Source of the DNA: Klebsiella phage Miami
Sequence record: MT701590.1
Length of the DNA stretch: 64,000 nucleotides
Reading direction: 5' to 3' (one strand)
The notes beneath the pieces were generated by a model, which was given only the letters and a program-made list of their open reading frames with translations, was not told where the DNA came from and searched no databases. The position numbers and the translations under genes were made by a program. Shown here piece by piece: positions 52,601 through 61,015 of this stretch (position 1 is the first letter of the stretch; each line of letters opens with the position of its first letter).

Positions 52601-53013
52601 ACGAAAACAATAAACACGATGACCTGGTTATCGCTTGGTTGTTAGGATTCTGGTTCTTGAAACTGGGTAACAATAAAAGTGAATACGGAATTCCTCCAGG
52701 CATTAGTTTGAGTAAAATCAGCTTAATGCGTGTTGGGGACGATAAGAATGAGGAAACCAACAGTGCGCACAATGAAGCGATGGTTGCACTTTATCGTCGT
52801 AAAGTTGAAGAGCTGAGTGACAGACTTATTAAAACCACCGACAATACCGTAGCTCAAAGGATAGAGTACATGATTGACAAACTCAGCAGCATGATCCCTC
52901 AGGATAAGCGTAAGAGTTTGACCATCGATGAAATCGTTAGGAAAGCCAAGGAGGAAAGAAGTCGTCGAGTATTGGAAGCACGTAAGTTACGCAGTCGTTA
53001 CGCATACATGTAA
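49615..53013 (+). CDS. terL: terminase large subunit interrupted by an intein
   Basis: Walker A PRQFGK...T split by an insertion. Table start 49450 overlaps the upstream gene; refined to ATG 49615, which follows agga and lies after the hairpin. Confidence 0.8.
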   Translation: MFASKDELELHLAREKLAMIGATESQLPEYLLDDDTEALPIRTPEELLLAHYREDTLSAIKTVRFLKDFERYNAKPDLTTKNISFLKVAEIFRLMGIKNYYFCLQLNNPLLIGVDPYDPNLTDEQKFMILQECRENFWYFLREVLHLSGGIQFQANRANICFLWCYLCHVNTMLIIPRQFGKNSKLDSLVKIPNGWKKMGDMRKGDVVSTPDGKTAKVTGVYPQGVTPLYKVTFKDGRESYVGSDHYWTVWDPGKGDGGVWRTLTTLECQQRMTEMKKAHNYLSVPLVQPDNDPDKKLAIHPYVLGVLLGDGCISNKSVVVAKPDKEMFDKVTGLIPESLETSWVDDKSFIIRRKPTNITQNNQLKDDLTNLDLFGLRSWEKFVPTDYLNGSYRQRLELLQGLLDTDGHAGTGGNIEYCTTSPKLAKDFVYLARSIGAICSCKERHTYYTHNGERRQGRLSYRISVRHTQPWELFTLSRKRDRLVDKTRGLKFNSRLTMRSIEYVGEEETQCIEVDHPDHLYIMDDFVVTHNTVSAQSIMFWLTYLTGQSYESHLITLKDDNRSQFVEALKGIRNNIPSYLTNVGWRDKDSGNSLTYSAFGDDKKNIFRISVPQIGREAARNVGRGLTIKTRMIDEPAYINFMEEILNGAGPSTLTARANARRIGEPYGTGFITTPASKTTASGEYMYNMLMDATEWRETFFDSFNESHLYQRLIKASPVEGITSPTVGMVFNYLQLGRNKDWVKKTIDELKLSLAEAKIDLLLMWDDASKGKLFDDLTREALNEGKRGILWSQEVGSTGLFIDWFITPEEHTRIITGNSQTFYVVGCDTSAAQNRDACTVVIRDVMDGKVVGVGRYPIAYLMDVGEVLQTILLEIKNSLLIIERNFAHHMIDQLLVSLPALGIDPFKRIFNQIIQDPVKYEKEMIEFKQRNFANRDSHFYLRFKHLFGFVTNAKTRDEVYSFIQEAVGTTGDKIYYTKLIDELVNLKEKGGRIDHENNKHDDLVIAWLLGFWFLKLGNNKSEYGIPPGISLSKISLMRVGDDKNEETNSAHNEAMVALYRRKVEELSDRLIKTTDNTVAQRIEYMIDKLSSMIPQDKRKSLTIDEIVRKAKEERSRRVLEARKLRSRYAYM
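50161..51210 (+). mobile_element. intein (about 350 aa) with a LAGLIDADG homing endonuclease, inserted in the terminase P-loop
   Basis: Block A-like NSKLDSLVKIPNG, two LAGLIDADG motifs (LLGVLLGDGCIS and LQGLLDTDGHAG), and C-terminal block G DDFVVTHN followed by a +1 Thr. Removing it gives RQFGK-TVSAQS (GKT Walker A). Confidence 0.65.
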
Positions 53014-53021
53014 ATTTTTAT

Positions 53022-53031
53022 AAGTCTATAT
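53022..53031 (+). promoter_or_regulatory. candidate phage early-type promoter motif (TATATTACC)
   Basis: ctatattacc lies 40-50 nt upstream of the first gene of the plus-strand small-gene cluster. It resembles the AT-rich early promoter consensus recalled for phiKZ; I am not sure of that recollection. Confidence 0.2.
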
Positions 53032-53074
53032 TACCATGATGTAAACCTCAAATAAACTTTTAGGAGTGAACATC

Positions 53075-53290
53075 ATGAATAAATACAACGTTACCTTTAT
53101 CCGTCACGACGATACTCTGGTAGCCAACGTTCCTTGTGTCAACGAGGAAAAGGATGTGTTACTCGGAGGTGGGTTGGTCGATTCTCGTTTAGGTCATCTC
53201 GAAGTCGATATCAAAACGGGAACTCTCGTTCTCAGATCCAATTGCGCTAACGATTCACTTACGGCGGAATGTCGGCTGCATTACATTTAA
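53075..53290 (+). CDS. small hypothetical protein (71 aa)
   Basis: Table start GTG 53066; ATG 53075 preferred, following taggag at 8 nt. Confidence 0.4.
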   Translation: MNKYNVTFIRHDDTLVANVPCVNEEKDVLLGGGLVDSRLGHLEVDIKTGTLVLRSNCANDSLTAECRLHYI

Positions 53291-53294
53291 CATT

Positions 53295-53328
53295 ATACCC
53301 CTACGGCGATTACGCCGTAGGGGTATAG
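53295..53328. terminator. bidirectional terminator between convergent genes
   Basis: tatacccctacggcg-atta-cgccgtaggggtata followed by gtttttatttagttttt. Confidence 0.6.
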
Positions 53329-53335
53329 TTTTTAT

Positions 53336-53941
53336 TTAGTTTTTAATGTAATCCACCAACGCTTCAAAATCACCGTCGTAAAAATACGGTTTAATTTTGA
53401 TTAAAGAACAAGCCGCCGACAGAGCATTTTCGTAACGATGAACGAATCGCTCAAAATACTCTCGGTTGAGAAGACGGGTTTCTTGATCATCTAAAATCGA
53501 TCTGGATCCCGCTCTTTGTAAAAACGTATCGTGATCGATTTTTACAAAGATAAGTTTATCGGGGTACATTTGGGTGTTGAATATTTTTAAAGCCTTTACG
53601 TTGCGTTCTATAACACTGTAAAGACCTATTCGACCATTACCCTGATAAACCGCAGTAGAAATAAAACAGCGATCGGAGATAACTGTCTTCCCTTGATTTA
53701 AAGCAGGAACAACAACTTTATCTCCTAACTCTATTCGCTGAGCAATAGCGAGATAAAGTTTTGCTTCTTCACAAATCCCGTTATCGATAATGAGATTACG
53801 GATGGTTAACAAAGAGTCCGGAGACTTAGCCGGTTCTTCCACTTGAAGAACGTCGTAATTATCGGCCTTCAATCTCTCTGTTAACTGTTTAGTTAATGTT
53901 GACTTACCCGCTAAGTCCATGCCTTCGAGAACAATGTACAT
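53336..53941 (-). CDS. tmk: thymidylate (dTMP) kinase
   Basis: MYIVLEGMDLAGKSTLTKQL P-loop and DRCFISTAVYQG, the LID/DRY-region equivalent of Tmk. Confidence 0.85.
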   Translation of the reverse strand: MYIVLEGMDLAGKSTLTKQLTERLKADNYDVLQVEEPAKSPDSLLTIRNLIIDNGICEEAKLYLAIAQRIELGDKVVVPALNQGKTVISDRCFISTAVYQGNGRIGLYSVIERNVKALKIFNTQMYPDKLIFVKIDHDTFLQRAGSRSILDDQETRLLNREYFERFVHRYENALSAACSLIKIKPYFYDGDFEALVDYIKN

Positions 53942-54011
53942 AGTGAATTTCTCCTGTAGATTTTTATCACTATAACTTATTTATAACCGTTTTAATTTAG
54001 GAGTTAGTATC

Positions 54012-54377
54012 ATGACCGAAGAAGAGTTTGATGATGAAGTCGAACAAACAGCGAATCTTCATAACCTCACAATTCCTTATGCCGAATATATCGTTATTAA
54101 AAAACTAGTTGGCCCTGAGTTAACATTTGGATTACTTCAGCATCTCGAACATCGGAACGTCCTTCACACCAAAGAAATAAAAAGTTTAAAATTATACATC
54201 TTCGATTATTACAACAATCTTAAACCGGGGATGGTTTTCGCTTATAATCAAGAAGAAGCGATCGCCATGATCAAAGAAGCGGGAATTACGGGTCAACCAG
54301 ATAAGTTCTATTCTTCGGTTAAAGAGATTGAAATTCCTGTCGATCCTATTTATATTCGTTACGCCGCTGGAGAATAA
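54012..54377 (+). CDS. small hypothetical protein, early-type cluster
   Basis: ORF with a taggagttagtatcATG SD. Confidence 0.45.
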   Translation: MTEEEFDDEVEQTANLHNLTIPYAEYIVIKKLVGPELTFGLLQHLEHRNVLHTKEIKSLKLYIFDYYNNLKPGMVFAYNQEEAIAMIKEAGITGQPDKFYSSVKEIEIPVDPIYIRYAAGE

Positions 54378-54380
54378 ATA

Positions 54381-54827
54381 ATGTCCAATTCACAATATTC
54401 CATTTATGGTTTAAATAATATCTCCGGTGGTATTCGACGCGGAGAAACGATGGTGATAGGGGTACATACATCGTCTAAAACTTCCATGCTGAATCAGGTC
54501 ATTGACGACATCATTCTGAATTGTGGATCAAATAATGTCATGTCGGATGAAGAGGCTTTAACCCAGATCGATAAGCTGAAGAAATTTATTGCTCTTAAGC
54601 CTGTTGATTTTGTTAGCGTTACCGCGCTCAATCTTTGCGTTCAACGTAGTGACAGCACCGATGTACTGATCAGTTTTAAGAAAATGATTGAGTCAGGCAA
54701 TAGTGTTCGGGTAGACGTTATTAAGTCAAGACACGAAGTGGGTTCCGATGAGGACGCCCCTGAAATTTTTCCTCCTCACCCAGGGTGTAAACCGTTGGTC
54801 TTAATGGATCCAGAATCCGGAGAATAA
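54381..54827 (+). CDS. small protein with a degenerate RecA/DnaB-like P-loop region
   Basis: YGLNNISGGIRRGETMVIGVHTSSKTS resembles the DnaB/RecA H1 arrangement (Gly-rich, hydrophobic strand, then GxxxxGK[ST]) but has S in place of G. Confidence 0.4.
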   Translation: MSNSQYSIYGLNNISGGIRRGETMVIGVHTSSKTSMLNQVIDDIILNCGSNNVMSDEEALTQIDKLKKFIALKPVDFVSVTALNLCVQRSDSTDVLISFKKMIESGNSVRVDVIKSRHEVGSDEDAPEIFPPHPGCKPLVLMDPESGE

Positions 54828-54830
54828 AAA

Positions 54831-55781
54831 ATGGAAAAGAAAAAAGAACCGTCTTTATCTGAATCAGACTCGTCTAAAAATATGCTAAGAACCCCGTTTG
54901 ATCTTGTTGACGATTATCAAGAAAATCAAAAGGGTGTTATCGATACAAACCCCCCAAAACTTATTCCTCGGATTACTGGTGTCAGATGTTCCCTTTTTAG
55001 AAGAGAGGATCTTGTTAAAGCCATGCGGGTCATCTCATCGCCTTTCAGGCCAGCAGAGTCGTCAGAGAACGATGCCGCGCAACAGCAACAAAGAATTGAA
55101 ATTCTGGCTAAAAAGATAGCGGGGACATTTGATTGTTCTAGGGAGCAAGCCGAACGGATTGTAAGAGGAGCGCTAGTCCAAAAAGGTATTAATGAAGCAC
55201 TTGACAATATGTTTGATAATCTTAGTGAGTTTCAGGAAATTGGTGAAATAAAAGACGGGCGCCTTACGCTGATTCCATCTAATGAAAAGGGCGTGATTAA
55301 ACTCGCCTTACCTAACGATCAACTCCCTACAGATGTGCTTGGTCAGAAACCAGATTTGGCATGGGATGGAGAACCGGCTTTTAGAAGAGAAGATTTGTTT
55401 AAAGATATTCCTGATGTTGACCTAGAAGAGGCGTATCCGGGTACCCGTAAAACAAATCCTGAACTATACCGGACTTCACCTTATCCGACTCCCGAAGAGA
55501 TGATTACTTCTCAGAACATCGGGATGGGTAAGTTGGTACACGTTACCGACAAATGGTTCTTCTATCGTCATCACCAATTCCACAACATTCATCACAAACG
55601 TCGTAGAGCACACTTCGATGAAATCAGTCTTATGCTGATGCGTTTTAACTGGGCTCGGCACAAAGAAGAGCTGCATAAGAAGAAATATCATATCTTCGAT
55701 AAGACCCCTCGGGCTAAGGCTGAACGTTTAGCACTTAAACGTTCGAGAGAAAAGATTAAATCGACTTTGATGATTAGCTGA
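54831..55781 (+). CDS. hypothetical protein (316 aa)
   Basis: ORF in the array; basic C-terminus. Confidence 0.5.
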   Translation: MEKKKEPSLSESDSSKNMLRTPFDLVDDYQENQKGVIDTNPPKLIPRITGVRCSLFRREDLVKAMRVISSPFRPAESSENDAAQQQQRIEILAKKIAGTFDCSREQAERIVRGALVQKGINEALDNMFDNLSEFQEIGEIKDGRLTLIPSNEKGVIKLALPNDQLPTDVLGQKPDLAWDGEPAFRREDLFKDIPDVDLEEAYPGTRKTNPELYRTSPYPTPEEMITSQNIGMGKLVHVTDKWFFYRHHQFHNIHHKRRRAHFDEISLMLMRFNWARHKEELHKKKYHIFDKTPRAKAERLALKRSREKIKSTLMIS

Positions 55782-55789
55782 GGTTAGAC

Positions 55790-56089
55790 ATGGAGATTCC
55801 ATTAGTAAGTTCAGGAATCGGGATACACGACAAGTATTACGAGATAATCAGATATGGTTTTAACGAGTGCTTAAACGGCTTGGACGATGAAAACAACCAA
55901 GCTAGCTACAAAGATTATCACGGCAATATTTTTACGGTATGTCGACTAAAACCTAATGATGGGTCTATTCCTATTTATTCTTTCCGGGTAGGGGAGCGGA
56001 CCCTGTTAACAGGGGTAACTGATCCGAGTACGGTTGACCTGACGGAATACCGTAATCTTTTTAGGTTTATTAAAATCAAAGGTTATTGA
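55790..56089 (+). CDS. small hypothetical protein
   Basis: ORF with a gaggttagacATG SD. Confidence 0.45.
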   Translation: MEIPLVSSGIGIHDKYYEIIRYGFNECLNGLDDENNQASYKDYHGNIFTVCRLKPNDGSIPIYSFRVGERTLLTGVTDPSTVDLTEYRNLFRFIKIKGY

Positions 56090-56523
56090 CGATGAATGAA
56101 CAAACCACTTATAAATCAGGTTATCTCCCCATCCAACTCGAAGGGTGTTCTAAAGAACAACTCATCGACATCAACGACCAGTTATTCAGCAGGCTTAAAG
56201 AACTTCGTAAAACCTATCTTCCGGGAGATTACGAAATCACCCTCATCACCGATATTCTGAAAGGCAAGGAGCCCGAAAAGAATAGTTTCTTTTACAGTCT
56301 GACCTGTGTCAGGAATAACTGCTTAATGGAAAACCCTGTTTCAGAACTTAAAATCAAATTAAATTCTGTGGCGATTTTCCCTTACTCTTGGGTTATCAGG
56401 GGTCATAAAGCCAGAAACGATAAAGATCCCGAAATTAAAAGATTGAAGAAACACCTCTTTCGGATTTATAAACACAATCTTCATAAGCGGTCTAAATTCC
56501 ATAAATTAAGGAAAGGTCAATGA
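56086..56523 (+). CDS. small hypothetical protein
   Basis: ATGA overlap with the previous gene (coupled). Confidence 0.45.
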   Translation: MTMNEQTTYKSGYLPIQLEGCSKEQLIDINDQLFSRLKELRKTYLPGDYEITLITDILKGKEPEKNSFFYSLTCVRNNCLMENPVSELKIKLNSVAIFPYSWVIRGHKARNDKDPEIKRLKKHLFRIYKHNLHKRSKFHKLRKGQ

Positions 56524-56840
56524 GATCTTTTAAGCAACCCTTTACGATACATCGATACCCTAGTGTCGATAAGTTAATAAAGGAACCCGGGAACAAATCT
56601 CTGTTGTTATTGAGCTTCTTCAACTTAGAGATCAAAATCAAGAACGCAGAGCTTAGGGCTGTTAACAATCCATTTCCAGGAGATGTGTTCTTTACTGAGG
56701 AAGTCGGTGACGATAAAATTCTCTTAGTTGTCCGGTTTAACCTCGGTACCGGGGAACGTTACTACCAACTCAATAATCTGGAATGGGTTGTTTGCACTAA
56801 CTCTCTCACCGTGAGAGAACTCACTTTACTTTTAGGATAA
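56520..56840 (+). CDS. small hypothetical protein
   Basis: ATGA overlap with the previous gene. Confidence 0.45.
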   Translation: MRSFKQPFTIHRYPSVDKLIKEPGNKSLLLLSFFNLEIKIKNAELRAVNNPFPGDVFFTEEVGDDKILLVVRFNLGTGERYYQLNNLEWVVCTNSLTVRELTLLLG

Positions 56841-56845
56841 TCATT

Positions 56846-57352
56846 ATGAACAATATTAAAGTTATCGGTCAAACAGAACAACGCGTCATCGACAAAGCAC
56901 GCGCCTACAATAACCTCGTCAATGAAACCGATTTCGGAGACGGTAAAATCAAAACGGTTAACGAAGCTATCGTGCAGTGTCTGCTCTGTGAAGCAGAGGA
57001 GCTCGGTTTAGATATCGATCAAGAGCCGTTTGCTTCTCTGGGGAATCGCCAATTCACATTCTACCGCGTCCCGGAAGACGCTCATCTCATTCCATGGCAC
57101 AACCATGTTTTCAACATCTGTCAAGTGGAAGACAAACTTCAGGCGCTTGGCGCCAAAATCGTCGCGATGAGATTGAACGAGTTTGACTATCAGATAGACG
57201 TTGATCCGGAACGAGGAACTCGGACCTACTACCTTAACGGTCAACGTATTTGCGATTGCACCGGTACTCCGACGTTACAAGATTTCAAAGATCTCTTCTC
57301 CGAAGAACGTCGTCGTTATTTCCAACAATTAGAGCAGACCCTTCGGGGTTAG
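56846..57352 (+). CDS. hypothetical protein (168 aa)
   Basis: ORF with a taggataatcattATG SD. Confidence 0.5.
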   Translation: MNNIKVIGQTEQRVIDKARAYNNLVNETDFGDGKIKTVNEAIVQCLLCEAEELGLDIDQEPFASLGNRQFTFYRVPEDAHLIPWHNHVFNICQVEDKLQALGAKIVAMRLNEFDYQIDVDPERGTRTYYLNGQRICDCTGTPTLQDFKDLFSEERRRYFQQLEQTLRG

Positions 57353-57360
57353 GAGTGAAC

Positions 57361-57852
57361 ATGGATAAGAAAGGCCAAGGTTCTCTTTACGGCAAAATTA
57401 TTTGTACTGGTTTCAATATCGATAAAGCTACAGAAGAAGGGTTTGATCTCCTCAGTCTCGTATGGGGAAGAACACCCGGTGAACTTTCGAACTCTGAAAT
57501 ACCTGGGGTGTATTTAGAACCATTCTCGCTCAAAGTAGAGAGAGTGGAACTGAAGGTGGCCGAAGAAATAATTAGCGCAGGATGTACGGTAAACTATTCT
57601 GGTATAGCGGAAGATCACAAAAGCCACGTTTATCACGTCCGAGCGGAGACCTATGGAAGGGGACATTGTCACTTCGGATTAATTTATAATCACGAAACTG
57701 AGAAACTCCATTTCATTGAACGCGGCGATGTCGACGTCAAAGAAAGCGATGGGTTTCAACAAGCCACTGTTGAAAAACTCATACTTTCCTACGACGTGGT
57801 AAAATTCGAAGGTAGTCCGCAAGAATATATCGAATTTATGAAAACTCGTTAA
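57361..57852 (+). CDS. hypothetical protein (163 aa)
   Basis: Table start 57250 overlaps the previous gene; ATG 57361 preferred, following aggagtgaac (MDKKGQGSLYGK...). Confidence 0.5.
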   Translation: MDKKGQGSLYGKIICTGFNIDKATEEGFDLLSLVWGRTPGELSNSEIPGVYLEPFSLKVERVELKVAEEIISAGCTVNYSGIAEDHKSHVYHVRAETYGRGHCHFGLIYNHETEKLHFIERGDVDVKESDGFQQATVEKLILSYDVVKFEGSPQEYIEFMKTR

Positions 57853-57859
57853 AACCAAC

Positions 57860-57894
57860 TATACTCTCCTCCCCGATAAGGGGAGGAGAGTATA
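57860..57894. terminator. strong bidirectional terminator
   Basis: tatactctcctcccc-gataa-ggggaggagagtata followed by acttatttttttttt. Confidence 0.65.
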
Positions 57895-57910
57895 ACTTAT
57901 TTTTTTTTTC

Positions 57911-59401
57911 TTACCGGTAGGCGTCTTTAGTCAGCGTTCGTAAAACAATATACAACATCAGACTCGTTCTTAATGAACTTACTGTAATTCGGGTTTTTAT
58001 CCCCGTCAGTTGTCTGACAATGTCATCGCCTTCATCTCGCATCTTAAAGACACTTTGGTTCTGACTGCGGCTACTGAGATACGCACCCCGCATTCGACGT
58101 AACACCTCTCTCAGGTCGTTAGCCCGAATACCGTTTTCCGTTAAGTATTCGAACAGGTGGGTGGTAACTTCGTCGACGAACTCTCTGTACTTAGCTCCCT
58201 TCGGCGAGTTATACTGATCGGGGAATACCCGGATAATTCGCTCCAGCTTATCCCTGGGAGAGTTGTCAATGGCTTCCGCGGCGTAACCTACCAGCTCGTC
58301 CTTGTAAAAGCCTGCAGAAGAACTGAGGACGTTTTGGATGTAGTTTTTATACTGGGTAACGTTCTTCGTCACCTCTCGTACACTTACTCCGTCTTCCAGC
58401 GTGACCATCCCGCCGTCCAATCTGACGATATTGGTTTTCGATTTCACTTCATGGAAAACTTTGTTAATGTCGTTGATCACGCCTCTGAGTCGATCCTGGA
58501 TATCACCGACCATGTAAATGATTTTCTTATCATCATCCATGGTGGTAAACGTTTTATAGTGAATCCCTGTTTTGGGATCTAAAATAAACTCGGCTCTAGC
58601 TCGAATTAACGCCATCCAGCTACCGTAACGTTTGATATCATAACGCATACTTAAACGGTTATAGGTTTCCATGGCGATCTCTTTCTTCGCCAGGTACTTA
58701 TAATCGTTCGCCATAATACTCGTCAAACATTTGTAATGGTACATCGCTAAGATGTTAACCATCGCATTATGTTTAACACGATCATGGAGATCGCTATGAA
58801 ACGTCCGGTACAGCAGGTAAACGATGCTTAGGTTAAATACGTCACCGGTCACTTTCCAGGTCGCATTGATCAGTTTACAGGCGTGGAGGTTTTCTCGTAA
58901 TTCTTCTTCGTCGACATCGAAGATTTCAGTGAACCAGCGGTTTCTGTCTTCTGATGTGAAAACGATTCGGTGGATGCCCAAATAGGGATTTCCGAAGAAT
59001 TCCACGTACTGTTCGTTCTTGGTGGTAAACCCAATGACATACCGAGTTAATCTATCGGCCCAACGGTTATCTATTTCTAAATCGTGTCCGAAGGCGTTAA
59101 ACACGCCGAGTATCGCGTGATCGGTATTGAAATTGTAATTGGGTAGCAGAGCTTCAAAACCAGATATCCCAAATGTTTTTTGGAGGAGTTTTTCGATTCC
59201 CTTATCGGGAGTGATCTCTTCAAACATTTTGACTTCGGGTTCGGCGTCGTACATCCCATCTTCGACCAACATCGGATCTCCGCTTAAAATCCCACTGGGA
59301 TCAAATACCGGTAATCCAGAAAGCTTATCGAACCATTGACGGTCGTCATTCTGAAAATAACTCTCAGAGCCATTGAGACGATCTGCGTATTGATTAAACA
59401 T
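57911..59401 (-). CDS. hypothetical protein (496 aa)
   Basis: Long ORF, second gene of a minus-strand operon transcribed from the long intergenic region. Confidence 0.55.
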   Translation of the reverse strand: MFNQYADRLNGSESYFQNDDRQWFDKLSGLPVFDPSGILSGDPMLVEDGMYDAEPEVKMFEEITPDKGIEKLLQKTFGISGFEALLPNYNFNTDHAILGVFNAFGHDLEIDNRWADRLTRYVIGFTTKNEQYVEFFGNPYLGIHRIVFTSEDRNRWFTEIFDVDEEELRENLHACKLINATWKVTGDVFNLSIVYLLYRTFHSDLHDRVKHNAMVNILAMYHYKCLTSIMANDYKYLAKKEIAMETYNRLSMRYDIKRYGSWMALIRARAEFILDPKTGIHYKTFTTMDDDKKIIYMVGDIQDRLRGVINDINKVFHEVKSKTNIVRLDGGMVTLEDGVSVREVTKNVTQYKNYIQNVLSSSAGFYKDELVGYAAEAIDNSPRDKLERIIRVFPDQYNSPKGAKYREFVDEVTTHLFEYLTENGIRANDLREVLRRMRGAYLSSRSQNQSVFKMRDEGDDIVRQLTGIKTRITVSSLRTSLMLYIVLRTLTKDAYR

Positions 59402-59409
59402 ATCGTCTC

Positions 59410-60270
59410 CTAGATCCGACTTGGGACAGCGTTTCTGATGGCGTTGTATCTCCGATCCGGGTCAGAATACGTCATGAGTTTTATCCAGCGAGTTTTAAAC
59501 AATTCCTCGTACTGGTTAAGACTATCACGGTATTCGGCGATATCGTCACGGATAATATCAACCTGAACACCAGAACGAGCTACGCCTTCGTCGACTTTGT
59601 ACCGAACAGTTTTCCAAATGTAGTTCTTGGTCATCAGGATAACTAAGTCGCCGAACAGATCGTAAGCTCTTCGATGGATCGTGGATAAACCATCGTCGTA
59701 ACTCAGGATAAGTTTACCTGTCAGGGAGAACACCCCACTCGGCGCTCCATGAATCACAAACGAGTTATTCCCGACGAGGGTTATGTTCGTGAACGTCTGG
59801 GGGATTTCTCGGTTGGGTAACATCCCGTTGATCATGGAGTTCAGTGCGTCGTTGACAGTACCTACCCCGCAGGAGTCGGCATTGCCAAGTACGCTCATGA
59901 TCCCACTGGAGGAATTCATCGCCCCCTGATAAACTTCCACAACCGAAATAATTTTCCGGCCGCCCGTCAGGAAATCAGGGACGTTAACCAGCTCCATCCC
60001 TTGGCCGAGATGTTCAATCCGAGATCCGGTTAAATCAATCAGCTCCGTCACCCCACCCTGGACATTACACCGGGGTAGGATGATCGCATGTATAATTTTT
60101 TCTCGAATGCCTTGCTGAACGGTGGTCTGCGCGTACTGGTTATACCAGTTCCCGGTCAGATTCCCGTTAGGGTTCGAGAACGCAAGCTCCAACAGGTACT
60201 CAGGGATGTCACTCCCGTTGAGAACTTTGTTGATCGCGTAGTCCACGCAGTTCATAATCAACTCCCACAC
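59410..60270 (-). CDS. hypothetical protein (286 aa)
   Basis: ORF 8 nt upstream of 57911..59401 on the same strand. Confidence 0.55.
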   Translation of the reverse strand: MWELIMNCVDYAINKVLNGSDIPEYLLELAFSNPNGNLTGNWYNQYAQTTVQQGIREKIIHAIILPRCNVQGGVTELIDLTGSRIEHLGQGMELVNVPDFLTGGRKIISVVEVYQGAMNSSSGIMSVLGNADSCGVGTVNDALNSMINGMLPNREIPQTFTNITLVGNNSFVIHGAPSGVFSLTGKLILSYDDGLSTIHRRAYDLFGDLVILMTKNYIWKTVRYKVDEGVARSGVQVDIIRDDIAEYRDSLNQYEELFKTRWIKLMTYSDPDRRYNAIRNAVPSRI

Positions 60271-60788
60271 TGAGTTTCGGGACTGGAGAAATTTCCGTCT
60301 CGATAAAAATTCAACTGAGAATTTTTACTCTGGGGTTTTCGGCGGTTATAATATTTCACTGCGGGAATTTAAAAACTCAACGGGTTTACGATCCCGTATG
60401 TTTTTGAGTTTTATTTCCCGTATAAAATACTCCGTGCCGTAAGACAACACCCCACAGAAAAAACCTCGCCTCCGGAAAAAATTCCTCGAAGGCGAGTTGC
60501 CATGATCTCACTCGAGCAAGAATCAATCCGACATACAATCCCAAGTGCTCCGATTTTTTTCTTCGGAATTTTGGTCGTTGGTAAATTTTTACATACAAAT
60601 CTATTTTATATTTGTATTTTTCGCGTGCGCGGATATTCTAAATTTTCAAAGATAATCTAAAACCGATTCCGGTTCTGGGTTTTTATTTTTTCTGTGTTTT
60701 GATTTTCCAAATCCAATTTTCAAAAATCTAAATCTAAAAAATCTAAAATTTTAATACTCAAAAATCCAATTTTCCTAGGGGTCCTTAT

Positions 60789-60814
60789 TACGCGTGCGTA
60801 CGCCCGCACGCATA
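60789..60814. repeat. GC-rich alternating purine-pyrimidine palindrome (left flank of the AT island)
   Basis: tacgcgtgcg-tacgcc-cgcacgcata; the stem gcgtgcg/cgcacgc is shared with the right-flank element. Confidence 0.6.
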
Positions 60815-60970
60815 TAAAAAATAAATATAATACGTAGTATTATATTTTCATTTGGTTTTATATTTTTAATTTATTAAAAATATATTAATATAAATTATTA
60901 TAAATATTTTTATTAGTTTGTTTTTATAAAATATATATAAATATATATTTATATATATTTATATTCATTA
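60815..60970. repeat. AT island (about 155 bp, at least 95% A+T) with TATA/ATAT micro-repeats
   Basis: Seen directly: ...taaatatttttattagtttgtttttataaaatatatataaatatatatttatatatatttatattcatta. The rest of the window is about 45% GC. Confidence 0.6.
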
Positions 60971-61015
60971 GGCGCGCGCCAGCGCGTGTGTGCATGTGCG
61001 TGCGCGCACGCGTAA
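60971..61015. repeat. GC-rich palindromes with Z-DNA-prone alternating tracts (right flank of the AT island)
   Basis: ggcgcgcgcc is a perfect 10-bp palindrome, gcgtgcgcgcacgc a perfect 14-bp palindrome, and gtgtgtgcatgtgcgtg is an alternating purine-pyrimidine tract. Confidence 0.6.

Noticed and set aside
60386-60598. 70-aa ORF inside the long intergenic region
   Set aside because: No SD; Arg/Lys-rich odd composition; it overlaps hairpin elements and is more likely a chance ORF in AT-rich DNA.
60700-60780. Direct repeats AAATCYAA that could be taken for a CRISPR-like array
   Set aside because: Units are 8-13 nt, irregularly spaced and AT-only, with no 25-40-nt repeat/spacer periodicity; interpreted as iteron-like or A-tract repeats instead.
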